DNA from: Octopus sinensis
Lineage: Eukaryota
NCBI RefSeq assembly: GCF_006345805.1
Contig: NC_042999.1
Location: 170,686,001-170,750,000 of the forward strand
DNA: 64,000 nt
Direction: 5' to 3'
Shown: positions 14,532 through 27,576 of the stretch, piece by piece
Layout: each line of letters begins with the position of its first letter
Numbering within the stretch: position 1 is the stretch's first letter
The notes under the pieces: model-generated
Told to the model about the DNA's origin: nothing
Seen by the model: only the letters and a program-made list of their open reading frames with translations
Databases searched by the model: none
Translations under genes and position numbers: made by a program

Positions 14532-14691
14532 TATGCGCGTGTGTGTTGTGTGTGTGCGCGTATGTGTGTGTGAGTGTGGTATGCGTGTATGCATGTGTAT
14601 ATGTAAATACACAACTGTTAAGTGTTTGCTGCATACATATGGATATATATGTATGTATACACTATAATATATATATATATATATTAATATT

Positions 14692-14756
<65 letters not shown>

Positions 14757-14758
<2 letters not shown>

Positions 14759-15580
14759 AATATCCCGTTCAATCTAGCAAAAAGGATATGCACTATAGTC
14801 TCTAACGCAAACACCAGAGACACACGACTACAAGAACTAAAAGATACCCTAATCACAGGAACTATCCACCTTCACTTATTGACAAGTGCATTCAACGTGC
14901 CCTTCAACTTAAGATCAAGGAACTGAGACATCCCAAATCAAAGAAAAACTTACAACCAAAAGCCTTACCATACATCTCCACACACAACCCTCTCAATAAC
15001 GAAGCCTTCGACACCATCCTCCACAACATACCCCTCCTAAAAAAAGACCACAGAATTGAACACAATCCTCCAAACCACACACGATCATAAAAAGCAAAAG
15101 ACAGCCTAGATCCATGAAAAGTCTCCTTACACAAGCCCGAATTCACTCTTCAACACAGAAGCCGACAGTAAAAAAATGTGGAAGACCCAATTGCGGGATA
15201 GCGACTATCTAATGAGGTATCAGAGTTCTCCTTCAAACAGGGACAACGGTTTACAGTGAAAAGCAACTTCACATGTGCTTCGGAGAACCTAATATACTCA
15301 CTAACTGCTCCGGGTGTCAAGAGCAGTACATAGGCCAAACAAAAAATGGTTTGCGTAAACGAATGGCCCTGCACAGATCCCAGATAAAAATTACCCAAAA
15401 CAGAAAAATAACTTTTAGCCAACACATAGATACTTGCGCCAACAAAAAAACACCAACTTCAGAATTTTCCCCCTCTACCAATTAGGGACGATACAACCTC
15501 GAGACAACGAATAAGTAAAGAAAATCTTTATTACAAAATACAAGCCACTTCTTAACGGGTCTACAACAAACAATTAATAT
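14757..15580 (+). mobile_element. Penelope-like element 3' fragment (RT thumb + GIY-YIG endonuclease), frameshifted
   Basis: NIPFNLAKRICTIVSN..RLQELK..YPPSLIDK, then CGRPNC..TCASENLIY..CSGCQEQYIGQTKNGLRKRMALHRSQI. Confidence 0.88.
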
Positions 15581-15702
15581 ACCTCAACTTTAGAATAAAA
15601 GAAAAATATATATACACACACAAATATTACACTCCATAGAATCCATTACTAACAGCCCCTTCATAGCTATACTTACACCCTTTCATATTCTCCCTTCTCT
15701 GT

Positions 15703-15945
15703 TTTTTTCTTCTTCTTCTTCTTCCTCTTCTTCTTCATCATCATCATTATCATCATCATCGTCGTCATCATCATCACCACCATCATCACCACCATCTTCT
15801 CCTTCTCCTCCTTCTTCTTCTTCTCCTTCATCATCATCATTATCATCATCATCGTCGTCATAATCATCACCACCATCACCATCATCGTCATCTTCTCCTT
15901 CTCCTTCTTCTTCTTCTTCTTCTTCTTCTTCTTCTTCTTCTACTT
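15703..15945. repeat. (CTT)n/(CAT)n trinucleotide block, duplicated as a ~90 bp unit
   Basis: catcatcatcattatcatcatcatcgtcgtcat occurs twice (~15736 and ~15829). Confidence 0.85.
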
Positions 15946-16298
15946 CTCCATCCCCTACCCCTTAACTTTGTCACTAATGTTTTTTAGTATAACACCTACG
16001 CTAATTCTATAAACAAGCCTGTCAATATAAATATTCTCCTGAATTGAACTGAGACTGCCAGCCGCCACTGACCATTCAAAATACGACCATCATGGCACTC
16101 CCAGATTCTCCCACCCCCCTTTCCTCACCAGCCTTCTTCCTCTACTACCCTACCAAGAACTCACAACGACCTCCAACACTCAAGTGCAAACAAGGGAGTC
16201 AGAGAAAGGCAGAATGCCACTTAAATCTGAACACTACTATAGAAATATTCTTTTAAAAAAACTTTTCTTCTAATTTTTCTAAATTTAATTATTTAATC

Positions 16299-16343
16299 GT
16301 TACAGTTGAAAAGGTCTCAAAATGACCGAAACCGGTACTGAAA
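16299..16343 (+). ncRNA. Type I hammerhead ribozyme motif, U3/A8 core (family H2)
   Basis: cag-TTGAAAA-GGTC tcaaaat GACC-GAAA-CCGG-T-A-ctg. Palindromic ACCGGT stem III, GUA site. Lies downstream of the PLE fragment in the same orientation. Confidence 0.65.
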
Positions 16344-16440
16344 TGTTCACTATAAAATTATTTTAGCATTTTCTATTTTTGACTTGTTTTTTCATATATA
16401 TATATATATATATTTTGTTTGTTTTTGTTTTTGTTTTTCC

Positions 16441-16644
16441 AGTTTCAGCTCTTGAGCTGTGGCCATGCTGGGGCACCGCCATTGTGGTGAAAGAGTACAG
16501 CAGGGATCACCACCCCCTGCCGGAGCCTCGTAGAGCTTTTAGGTGTTTTCGCTCAATAAACACACACAACGCCCGGTCTGAGAATCGAAACCGCGATCCT
16601 GCGACCGCGAGTCCGCTGCCCTAACCACTAGGCCATTGCGCCTC
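16441..16644 (-). mobile_element. tRNA-derived SINE family B head joined to a family A 3' tail
   Basis: Minus-strand head gaggcgcaatggcctagtggttagggc...ggtttcgattc (A/B boxes). 16441-16480 matches the tail of the 20578-20977 SINE. Confidence 0.8.
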
Positions 16645-16689
16645 TACTATATATATTATATATAATATATTATATATTATATAGATATA

Positions 16690-16813
<124 letters not shown>

Positions 16814-16850
16814 ATATAATATATATATATAATATATATATATATATTAT

Positions 16851-16899
<49 letters not shown>

Positions 16900-17491
16900 T
16901 ATATATATAATTATACGTGCATACATATATATATATACTTAGAAAGACTCCCCAATTGCTTATATATCTACTTGTTCGGTTACTAGTTATCTGTTTTATT
17001 TTATCGTTTTTCTCTGCTTTGCAGAAGGAAAACGCCCAGTGTGCCAATTTATAAATGAAAAAAACACAGAAAAGAAATTGTATATTTCCATTTTATGGCG
17101 AAATACTATTTCACTTTCGGTTGAGTTGAGCCACTGACGTACACATAGTCTGTATTAAAATGAGAATATTCAAGAAGTTGTTTAAAAAACTAATTCATGA
17201 AGAAAAATAATAATACAAAATCACAATATGATATAAAATAATATCAGAATTGTAAAAAGAAAAAAACAATTCGAATGAAATAAACAATACTTTAAATATT
17301 GAATATAGGATAAAGCAAAACTTCTCGAACATTCATACAGACACTAAGTGCCAAAGTAACTGACAAGAATAGAGAAAAACATATGTAGTAAAATTAATAC
17401 ATAGCATCATCAAGCACACGTAAGCTTACGTACATTATATATATATATATATATAATATACGTAAGCTTACGTGTGGCATGAACATGCTTC

Positions 17492-17573
<82 letters not shown>

Positions 17574-17629
17574 CATAGTGATATATGTAAGTATATATAT
17601 ATACGTATGTATGCATGTATGTATGTAGC

Positions 17630-17683
<54 letters not shown>

Positions 17684-17746
17684 AACACCCACTACACTTC
17701 GAGAGTGTAGTGAACACCCACTACACTTCGAGAGTGTAGTGGGTGT
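17684..17746. repeat. Tandem 29-bp unit forming a perfect hairpin
   Basis: aacacccactacacttcgagagtgtagtg x2; the second copy completes a 14-bp stem acacccactacact/agtgtagtgggtgt. Confidence 0.9.
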
Positions 17747-18021
17747 ATATTACGTGCTAATGGGCACGGGAGCCAGTCGGTGGTGGGAACTAGCATCGAC
17801 CACGTTCGGATGGTGCTCTTTACGTGACACCGGCACGTGAGCCAGTCAGACGGCACTGGCATTGACAACAATTACAATTTCCATTTTGCTTTCGATCTTG
17901 ATTTGCTTGGGTACTTTTAAAATGGGCTGGTTATGCAACACTGGTATAGGCTATGGTTGTGATCTCACTTTGCTTGCCGAGTCCTCTAAATCACTGCATT
18001 TCTCCAAAGGTCTTGATCTCT

Positions 18022-18064
<43 letters not shown>

Positions 18065-20455
18065 CATGAAAAGTTTAGAATGGTACAGCAATGCGCCATA
18101 ATACAAACAATGGGCTATATACCTGCTGTAATTTAGTCATCCATAATCTGACGATATTTCGGAATAAAATGCCTTCTTGAGATATTCTTAGACGGAGTCG
18201 CTGCTATAATCGGTTTTCTAACGGCTTTTCTTTTTTCTTTTTTGGAAGCTCAACAGTGGACTCACGAAGCTCCTTCCGGAATTCCTCATGAGAAGTGCGT
18301 GGGGTCGGCCATGTCTCAATCTCATGTGTGCGGGTACATCCGTAGCGCTGCTTCTGAGTTATGTATTATACATGCAGCTCCCTTTTTTCTCTCTTTATTT
18401 TTGTTATAAACTACAGATGGGCATATTATAAAAAATGAACCTACACGCATCCAGATGTAGCTAAATAATATATTGATTACCAACCTCCAGCCAGTTGTTA
18501 ATTTGGAGCCCTAGTCTATGTATGAGTATAGCTTCCTTAATTCTTAAATTACCCAAATTTCTTTCATTGGCCTCAATTGTGACTGTTATGCTTTTGTCGG
18601 TGTTCCAGCATCTGTCTAGGTGTTTTCTGAAGGAAGAGGCTCTCGTGTTCAGATGTTCTTTGATGCAGACGTTGCATTTGTTACATTGTATTCTATGCAC
18701 AACATTTACCTGTTGACATAAACCTGTGTCACGAATGGGACAGTTTGTTAGTGTGCATTGATTTATGTCCTTTGTTCGTTTCTTTGCGAGGTGTCCTCTC
18801 AAAGAGGGGCCAGAGTGGGCTAGTTGTATTGCCAGCCCTTCTCTTCTTATGGCTCTTCGGATGTATGTAGTTATCCTCTCGCTAAAATGGGGTATTTTAA
18901 GGAAGCATGTGTTACGGGGTTTTCTGCGTTCAGCGAGTTGGTCATCTTGGGTACTTAAGCGTGTTGGTCATCTTGGGTACTTACGATAGATATAGAGTTT
19001 CCGTTGGCTTTCAATATATATAATAAGCGTGTAGTGAGGGTCACCTTGTCCTCCGTTCTGCTGCACTTGCCCTGGATGCGTGCAAGTTCATAGTTCATTT
19101 CTGGCATACTTTGGCACTGAGTGGAAGTGCTGAATTGTATTGGACAAACATATCTCTACTGGCTGCTTCCCTGTAGAACTCGGTGTGGATCTCCCCTTCT
19201 TCCACTATATTCAGTTTGAAGTCAATTAGTGATAGCGATCCAGTGATGTCGGGATGTTCTATATATTTTCCGTAGTTTCAGCTCATAGCTACGACCATGC
19301 TGATGCACCGCCGTTAAAGTGAAATTTATGTTCATGTCCATGTTACTGAACGTCGTGAATATTCTGTCAGCCTCTTCACGGGAGGATGTGAGTATGAGGA
19401 TGTCATCTACGTACCTGGTGAAGAAGGCGTATGAGCGGCAGATGAATGATCGACGTTCCAGATGGTTCATATAAGTGATGGCTAGTAGGCCTGAGAGACT
19501 GGATCCCATTGGGAGACCTGTTGTATGATTGTATATGTGGTCCTGGGAAGAGAAGTAGGTGTTGTCCACGATGATGGACAAAAGTTGATGTATATCAGCT
19601 GCGGTAAGTCCGAAGCATTGGATGTCGGACGCTATTATGCAGTCAGTCAGTAGGTTGATCGCCGAGTGTACAGGCACCGTTGTGCACATTGAGACAACGT
19701 CAAGGCTAAAGGCATATCTGTTTTGCCTGAGTTGATATGGGGGCAAATGGTGCAGTCTTTTGATGACTTCGTCGGAGTTCTTGACGTGTCCAGGAAAGGT
19801 GGAGAGTATGGGTTTCAGGATGTGAGAAAGTAACCAGGATATTTTATATAGAGGTTCTTCCACGATGGAGACGATGGGTCTAATCTGGATCTTGTTGCTC
19901 TTCTTGTGTGTTTTAATGAGGTGATAAAATCTGGGTAATCTACTGTTCTTTGTGATGAATTTGTTCTTAAATTTATTATGTATTTGTCTCCGTCTACAGA
20001 TGTCCGTCTATGCGATGTTAATTCGGCCCTCAATCCTGGTCGCAGTTATAACTGTCAGTTAAGAATATAGTTTGTCATTGCTAAAATGTTCTAGTGCCAG
20101 TCTATCATATATTTCACAAGAAATCACGCAGATTTCTTTTCCTTTATCTGATGGTAAGTATACAAGGTTTTGTTTTTTAGTTTAGTCAGTGTTTTATGTT
20201 GCGCCTTAAATTTGGAGTTATTTTCGATTCCTTCCTTAAGATGTTGGAGATAGACTATTTCAATCTGGATAGTTTGTGGTTGATTTCTTGGTTGGTTGGG
20301 GGTGGGTGGAGTGGGTGGTCCAGTTGTTACGTGGGAAATTTGCCGAGTGTGTTATTGCAGTTCTTCTTTATCACCGATAGCCATTTGAGTTGGTAGGCTT
20401 TTCGACAAAAGTTGGCTTCCGGGTCGAATAAGATTTTTTCATTCGACTGTTGGTT
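18065..20455 (-). mobile_element. Penelope-like element, near-complete but decayed (RT + GIY-YIG)
   Basis: YLPSDKG (~20135-20163), LPRFYHLIKTHKK..IRPIVS, FSLDVVSMCT, GLPMGSSLSGLLA, TRYVDDIL, then CPIRDTGLC..VVHRIQCNKC..IKEHL..RIKEAILI. A SINE-tail fragment interrupts at ~19274-19312. Confidence 0.92.
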
Positions 20456-20459
20456 CAAG

Positions 20460-20491
<32 letters not shown>

Positions 20492-20512
20492 TATATATAA
20501 TATATATATATA

Positions 20513-20547
<35 letters not shown>

Positions 20548-20577
20548 TGTGTGCGTGCGTGTGTGTGTATGTGTATG

Positions 20578-20977
20578 CTTTTTACTCTTTTACTTGTTTC
20601 AGTCAGTTGACTGCGGCCATGGTGGAGTACCGCCATTAGTCGAGCAACTCCACCCCGAGACTTATTCTTTGTAAGCCCAGTACTTATTCTATCGGTCTCT
20701 TTTGCCGAACCGCTAAATGACACGGACGTAAACACACCAGCATCAGTTGTCAAGCAATGCTAGGGGGACAAACACACACACACATACACACACATATATA
20801 TATATACATATATACAACAGGCTTCTTTCAGTTTCCGTCTACCAAATCCACTCACAAGGCATTGGTCGGCCCGAGGCTATAGCAGAAGACACTTGCCCAA
20901 GAGGCCACGCAGTGGGACTGAACCCGGAACCATGTGGTTGGTTAGCAAGCTACTTACCACACAGCCACTCCTGCGCC
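20578..20977 (-). mobile_element. tRNA-derived SINE family A, full length
   Basis: Minus-strand head ggcgcaggagtggctgtgtggtaag (A box)...ggttccgggttcagtccc (B box), internal (CA)/(TA) tract, tail gaaacaagtaaaagagtaaaa. Resembles described octopus SINEs (from memory). Confidence 0.9.
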
Positions 20978-21114
20978 TATATATCGATATGCTTGTATAT
21001 ATCTAATATATATATATATATGTTTATATATGTGTGTGTGTGTATGTAAATATATATTATATATATGCATGTATGTGTGTTTGTGTGTATGTATACATAT
21101 CATATATATGCACG

Positions 21115-21147
<33 letters not shown>

Positions 21148-21359
21148 CAGATATATATCCATTTATGTATGTATGTATGTATGTATGTATGTATGTATCT
21201 ATCTATATATATGGATATATATATATTATATATAATATATTGTTATATATGTATTTATGTATCTATATATCTTTATATATCCGGAGTAAACACATAAATG
21301 TGAAACAAGGTGGAAAAAAGAGTACTCAAATACCAGTGGTAGTTAGTAGATATATGCTT

Positions 21360-21458
21360 TATTTTAAGCAGCAGAAAATTCAACAAAACCTGTTACACTG
21401 AGTTTCAACGGGAAACTCAGAGTAACAGGTTTTGTTGAATTTTCTGCTGCTTTAAATA
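21360..21458. repeat. Near-perfect 47-bp-arm inverted repeat
   Basis: Arms 21360-21406 and 21412-21458 with a 5-nt loop. Confidence 0.92.
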
Positions 21459-21970
21459 GGGTATCTTTATATATATATTATATTATATATATATATATAT
21501 TTCATCTCCCTTTCTCCATATGTATGTGTGTGTGTATGCATATATAACAAGTCATTTGGGGTAATATACAGGTACTTCCTTGGGAAGTATTTCTATGGAC
21601 AACGGCTATCTGCAATATGGAGACGGAAGATTCCTTTACAAAAGTACTCTTGTAATGAACATAAACAAATTACTTATTCGCCGTAGAGTATAAATAATAA
21701 ACATTGAAGATAGGACGTCTCAATTTTATTTTTATTTCAAAGCTTACCATTATAATAACAGTTTTATTTTGACTAATATTATGCTCGCAATTAATGATCA
21801 AGAGATTTATACCATGGAGGCACGACGTCCATAAAAAGTTTCCTTTACAATACTCACATAAATAATATGCGGCAAATATCTTGCTATTTCACCTGTATAT
21901 AGAGCATTCATCAACATTTATAGAGGTCGATACTATGGGACATAGTTTTGACTGCAAAATGACAGGAAGG

Positions 21971-22028
<58 letters not shown>

Positions 22029-22311
22029 AAAAGACAAAATATTCAGCTCCGTTCAATTTTGACGATATTGTTAAAAAAAACAATCTACCCCCTACTGTGC
22101 TTTCATTTGTTAATTGAAATGGACAGAGAGAATTCGGCGATGTCAAAATAGTACATACATATTATACCATTTTAGTCCGATATAATGCCTTCAGTCCATT
22201 GGGTCGCATGCGCTCTAATATATATGCATATTCAAACGTACTTAAAACACGCTCACATTCACACGCCCCCAACAAATACTCACACATGCACTTATATACA
22301 TACATAATAGA

Positions 22312-22640
22312 GAAAATAGTTTATATTTAAACACAAGAGAAACTACCTTTAACCGGTAATTTTACACGCTAGAAGAAGCAGACAAAACTACCAAAACCAC
22401 ATTTAAGAGCAAGTTCAAAGGGAATGAAAAATAAAAACTTTTACCTTTATATTTTTTTTACGGTTATCCCTAGGTTTCGAAATTTTTAGCAAATAAAATA
22501 ATTTGCTAGGCGAAATTGTCATCAGTAACCGTGCCATAACATAAACATATAATTTAGAAACAAATAACACGCGCCTCATCATCATATGTTATAATGTTTC
22601 AAATTCATCGCGCAAGCGCAGTTTCGGTTGGCAGTAAAAA
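22312..22640 (-). mobile_element. HHR-bearing element family H3, copy with mutated cleavage site
   Basis: Reverse complement aligns with ~56770-57135. HHR at 22460-22532: acggtta-CTGATGA-stem II-GAAA-CCTAGG-G-A-taaccgt. Confidence 0.82.
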
Positions 22641-23063
22641 AAAAAAAGATTCATACACACGTCTATGTATGCACATGCACAAGAAAAAGCAGGGCTAAAG
22701 GCAAAATACAGAAAAATGTGTAAAAAAAGTGTAAAAAATAAGCAATAAGAGTAAATCACGTCTATATACGCACATACTCGCATGCACACACACACACGTC
22801 TATACACGCACACATCCACACGTGGGCACAAAATATTCCTTATACAGGTCTATATACGCACAGGAAAAATGCAGGGTGGAAGGTAGAATACAGAAAAATT
22901 ATATGTAAAAAAATATATGGGCAATAAAACTATAAAACAATATCTCTATAAAGTTGTAAAAAAATATGAAAATATATAGGAAATATATGTAAAAAGTATA
23001 GAGAGATAAAAAACTTGTATGTGCTCACAATATAGAAAGCAAGTCCTATCTCTAATCTCGGGG

Positions 23064-23390
23064 TGGAGGACCAGAAGTGTAACAAATATTTAGCCACATA
23101 TGGACATGATCCGAAAAGTTCAGTTCTTGAATTTAGACATGTGGTGGGGTCTAAGCTGCTTTTCCAGATGAACCATTTTTCCATATCACAAAGACCGCAC
23201 TTTCCACTGCCTTTGGTGTAGGGCTTACACTTGGATAAGCTCTTCCAATGGATGTTGTAACTGACACTTTATCTTTTAAGGACCATATATGACTGGATAT
23301 TTTGGTCGTTTTCCTTTTATCCCAGTGCCTGAAGCTCAAGGTGTGATTATTGAACCTGGCCTTGAAATTACCCTCTGCAAGGCCCACGCA
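23064..23390 (-). pseudogene. PLE GIY-YIG C-terminal fragment
   Basis: VGLAEGNFKARFNNHTLSF..ISSHIWSLKDK..CGLCDMEKWFI..CLNSRTELFGSCPY. Confidence 0.85.
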
Positions 23391-23799
23391 TTTCATATAC
23401 ACACACACATATATGTATATATATACACGTACGCATTAATGTATATACTTTTTAAGTACGCACTATCTATACAGTGATTATAAGAGTAAATGATTAATTA
23501 CAGACGTGTTTATATTCACCACGCAAGATAAATCAACATAGAATTATATAAAACTATTGTAAATTAGGAAATAAAAACATCGCTAACTCCAATCTTCAAT
23601 GTTTACCACACACACACACACAAACACATGTGCGTGCGCATATTTATGAGTGTGCATGTCTCTCTCTCTACATATATGTGTATATGTGTGTGTGTCTATA
23701 TGTGTGTGTATATGTATATACAAACACATGTATATACACACACACGCACACACACATATATATACACACATATGAATATATATATATAATATATATATA

Positions 23800-23846
<47 letters not shown>

Positions 23847-23944
23847 CACACACATATACATATATCTATTACTCTCATGCAAACACATATCAAGCATGTG
23901 TATGCGTATGCACGCACGGGTGTATGAATGTGTGTGCGTTTGGA

Positions 23945-24080
23945 AGGCCAGTTAATTGGCCGAATTGTTTGAGCCTCAGACAAAATGCTTTGTGGTATTT
24001 GTTCCAGTTCATTACACTCTATGTTCAAATGGCGTGGAGGTTAAGTTTGCCTTTCATTGTTTAGGAGTCGTAAATATGTA
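23945..24080 (+). mobile_element. SINE family C, degenerate
   Basis: aaaatgctttgtggtattt...gttcaaatggcgtggagg...tttgcctttcat resembles 40114-40310. Confidence 0.55.
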
Positions 24081-24592
24081 CCAAAACATAGAAGTGTATT
24101 GACAAAATTGCTACAACGCCGGAGGGATGCCTTTACGCATCTACTCGGTTAAGTAACCGATGAGACGGAACTGATGCCAAGTCCAATCACCTTTTCATTT
24201 GACTATGTTGTTCAAATATATGTCACTCACCACTCTGAATTATTTTGCTTTATTTAAATTATACAAATTACCAAAGACAAATTTATTCTACTCCTTTGAA
24301 TATGTCTATGTCCCTTGTTTACTAGAGATTAGACTGTACAATTGTCATGCTGATGACCGCTACTGAACGAGAAATTCGTGTACCTTAGTATCCTCCTATC
24401 TTCAGCAAATAAGCACGTCGTTCTCCTTATTGGCATGTCAGTTTCTGAGAAATTCTTTATTTTTGAGATTATCACCTGAAATGAAGTGCCATTCGGTAAT
24501 TATGATATATCGTCTAAAGGTGGAGGTAATTTTGATAAATTAAAAATTTATGTCGTATGATATTTGAAATATCTGTAATGTTAAATATATTA

Positions 24593-24932
24593 TTTACCTT
24601 TAACTTGTTTCAGTCATTATGCTGCGACCATGCTGGGGCACCGCCTTGGAGAACTTTAGCCGAATGAATCAACCTCAGTACTTAGTTTTTAAATTTGGTA
24701 CTTATTCTATTGCTTAATTCCAGAGGGTAAATACACGAACACCGGTTGTCAAGCACACACTCGCACACACACCATGGGCTTCTTTTAGTTTCCGTCTACC
24801 AAATCCAATCACAAGGCTACGATCAGCCTGAAGTTATAGAAGAAATGTGCTCAGGATACTAAGCAGTGGCAACGAACCGGGGAACCATGTGTTAGGGAAG
24901 CAAAACTCATTATCACACACCCATGTCTGCAC
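24593..24932 (-). mobile_element. SINE family A, diverged
   Basis: acttgtttcagtcatt..ccatgctggggcaccgcc..tttccgtctaccaaatcc shared with 20578-20977. Confidence 0.85.
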
Positions 24933-25449
24933 GATACCTCATACAGGTTCCACCTTACTGATATCATACTGACATCATCTAGAGCTAAGCTGGTGCAAAA
25001 TATCTCGTGCCAATATGGTTCGAGGGCCAGGAATGTGGAAGTACCATGATTTCAAGGGCTGGGAAGAAAAGCTCACTGAAATGGTTAAAGCTATTACCCG
25101 CATATTCGGTTTTATATCAGTGTCTTTTTCCGAAAGATATGTTTTAACAAAAGCTGAGGGGTGGCTGATTCGTGGTGGCCGTCCAGCTCACCGAACACCA
25201 ACCAGGAATTTCTGAGTCATAAAATTCTGAATATTCATTGTAGAGTAAACGAGAAATTTCATATAGTGATAAAAAGCTAAATGATTGGCTTTGTGTTGAG
25301 ATAAATGCAAAAGTATGTAACGTGAAAATATGAAATAGTATCTCAAGAAGTAATATCTGATGAAATTCGTCACTGAATAACATGCTCACTGGCAACACAT
25401 GGCGCATGGTGCTGCAGAAAACTTGTGTGTGTGTATATATATGTATATA

Positions 25450-26039
25450 TATATATTTATTTAAACATAATAAATAACAATAGGGTAATAAGAATTATAG
25501 AAATTATTATTACCAGTGGCCTAGCACAAAACGAATTAGTCATAAGACTATATATTATTCACATAGAAATATCGTGTACACTAAGACACATCAAGAGGCT
25601 TCCAAATAGGAAAGCCTAGTGCTAGAAAGAGCAGTAGAAAACTCAACCCACTAATTAAGGATAAATTCTCGAAAAGAATGAAAATTAAAAACGTTTACCA
25701 TCTTATTTATTTCCTAGACCATGGTTTCTAACTATTTCCAGCCCAAAAATATTCGCTGGGGCCAGTTTTCATCAGTAAGAAAGCCTTTGGATTTCAAATA
25801 TACAGACAACCAGATCCACGTGTAAAACTAACTGCCTGTATATCCTGACTTTTCAGACCACTGCGCAGAAACAGATTATTTTCGGCGACAGAGAGGATGC
25901 CGGTCACATTTCGAACAAATTTATCAAAGAATATTTAAATTTATCCTTAATTAGTGGTTTGAGTTTTTTACTACTCTTTATAGCACTAGGCTTTCCTATT
26001 TGGAAGCCTCTTGATGAGTCTTAATGTACACGATATTTC

Positions 26040-26044
<5 letters not shown>
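25450..26044 (-). mobile_element. HHR-bearing element (diverged H3 subfamily) with inverted arms
   Basis: Inverted repeats 25561-25666 and 25938-26044. HHR at 25713-25779: ctta-CTGATGA-aaactg..tagtta-GAAA-CCATGG-T-C-tagg. 3' flank homologous to 56984-57075. Confidence 0.8.
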
Positions 26045-26106
<62 letters not shown>

Positions 26107-26330
26107 TTGGACTAATGGGTATATGTCGATTAGTGTGGTGAAAATTTAAGTAGAGCACTGGGGCAGTTTGGGCTACATGGTGTCATCCGCAGTCGGAGTA
26201 TATTACCATTGGATTTACTTCAGGAACTAAACTTTTCAAGGCCATACCTCAGCATGTCTGCAGTCATATGATTAAACCAAGTAAAAAAAAACAAGATATA
26301 ATTCTATCTATTATTCAATCAATCAATCAC

Positions 26331-26525
<195 letters not shown>

Positions 26526-27393
26526 TTCCATCTATGCGATCGATTCTAGAGTTATTCCAATTTTCGGCCATATTCTTTCAATTCCAGCTGGCTTAGTTTT
26601 CAAATTCCCTAGAAATTGAGTAAGAAAAGTAATATAAGAAAAACTAAATACCTGTGCATTATGCATATCCTTTTCCTACTAAAGAATACTTTTCCAAGAA
26701 TATATACCATGGAGATAATAAGCATCTATTTTGTATATGTGTGATCTATTTTATTTTTCATCTGTGAAACAGCTTAAGCTATCTATTTACTTCCATTCAT
26801 AATTCTCATAATTGTGACTTTATCTAGTTTATGAGTACTCTTTGCTCTAATTAGACACTACGATATATTCTCACTGCGTGCACTCTCTATATGGTGAATG
26901 CGCCTTTATATGTTTGATTATTATTATGAAAGTTGTGATATTTATTGACGTAATTTGAAACATAAGGCAAAAGTTTTGATTTCGGTCGACAAATATGGGA
27001 AGATTCATAGTTTATTTTCCAAATCTTGCTGACGCTACTCTATATAATATTCAGCCATCACATTAGAACTAGTAACGTTATTTTTCTACTGATGAAGGCT
27101 GAAGTTATGCTCGGGGTGCTTGGTCTTTTTACCAGAAACACATCACTTTTTCTAAGAACACTAAGTATGTATAATATTTATTTGTATATATGTACAGAAT
27201 GCTTTATTTTCTTCGTGTCAAAAACACTTTAATCTCTCTTTACATTTCTAAACATAATTCTCAAAAGTAAAAACAAATTCCAATTTCTTAGAGTTCTTTG
27301 GCAAAATTAATACCAAGATAATATTCTCATTGCAGCTTAAGATATTTGCCAAGATATATACATCACACACATATAATATATATATATATATAT

Positions 27394-27442
<49 letters not shown>

Positions 27443-27461
27443 TATATTACATACATATAAT

Positions 27462-27517
<56 letters not shown>

Positions 27518-27541
27518 ATATATATATATATATATATAATC

Positions 27542-27576
<35 letters not shown>

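Noticed and set aside
16560-16644. tRNA-like sequences (also ~20900-20977 and 43789-43860)
   Set aside because: They continue into repeated SINE bodies; these are SINE heads, not tRNA genes.
17684-17746. CRISPR-like 29-bp palindromic repeat
   Set aside because: Only two abutting copies, no spacers, no cas genes, eukaryotic context.
24345-24390. CTGATGA...GAAA..GTA hammerhead-like string
   Set aside because: Stems I, II and III do not pair adequately.
27080-27150. CTGATGAAGG...GAAAC string
   Set aside because: No valid stem III or NUH site, and no stem I.
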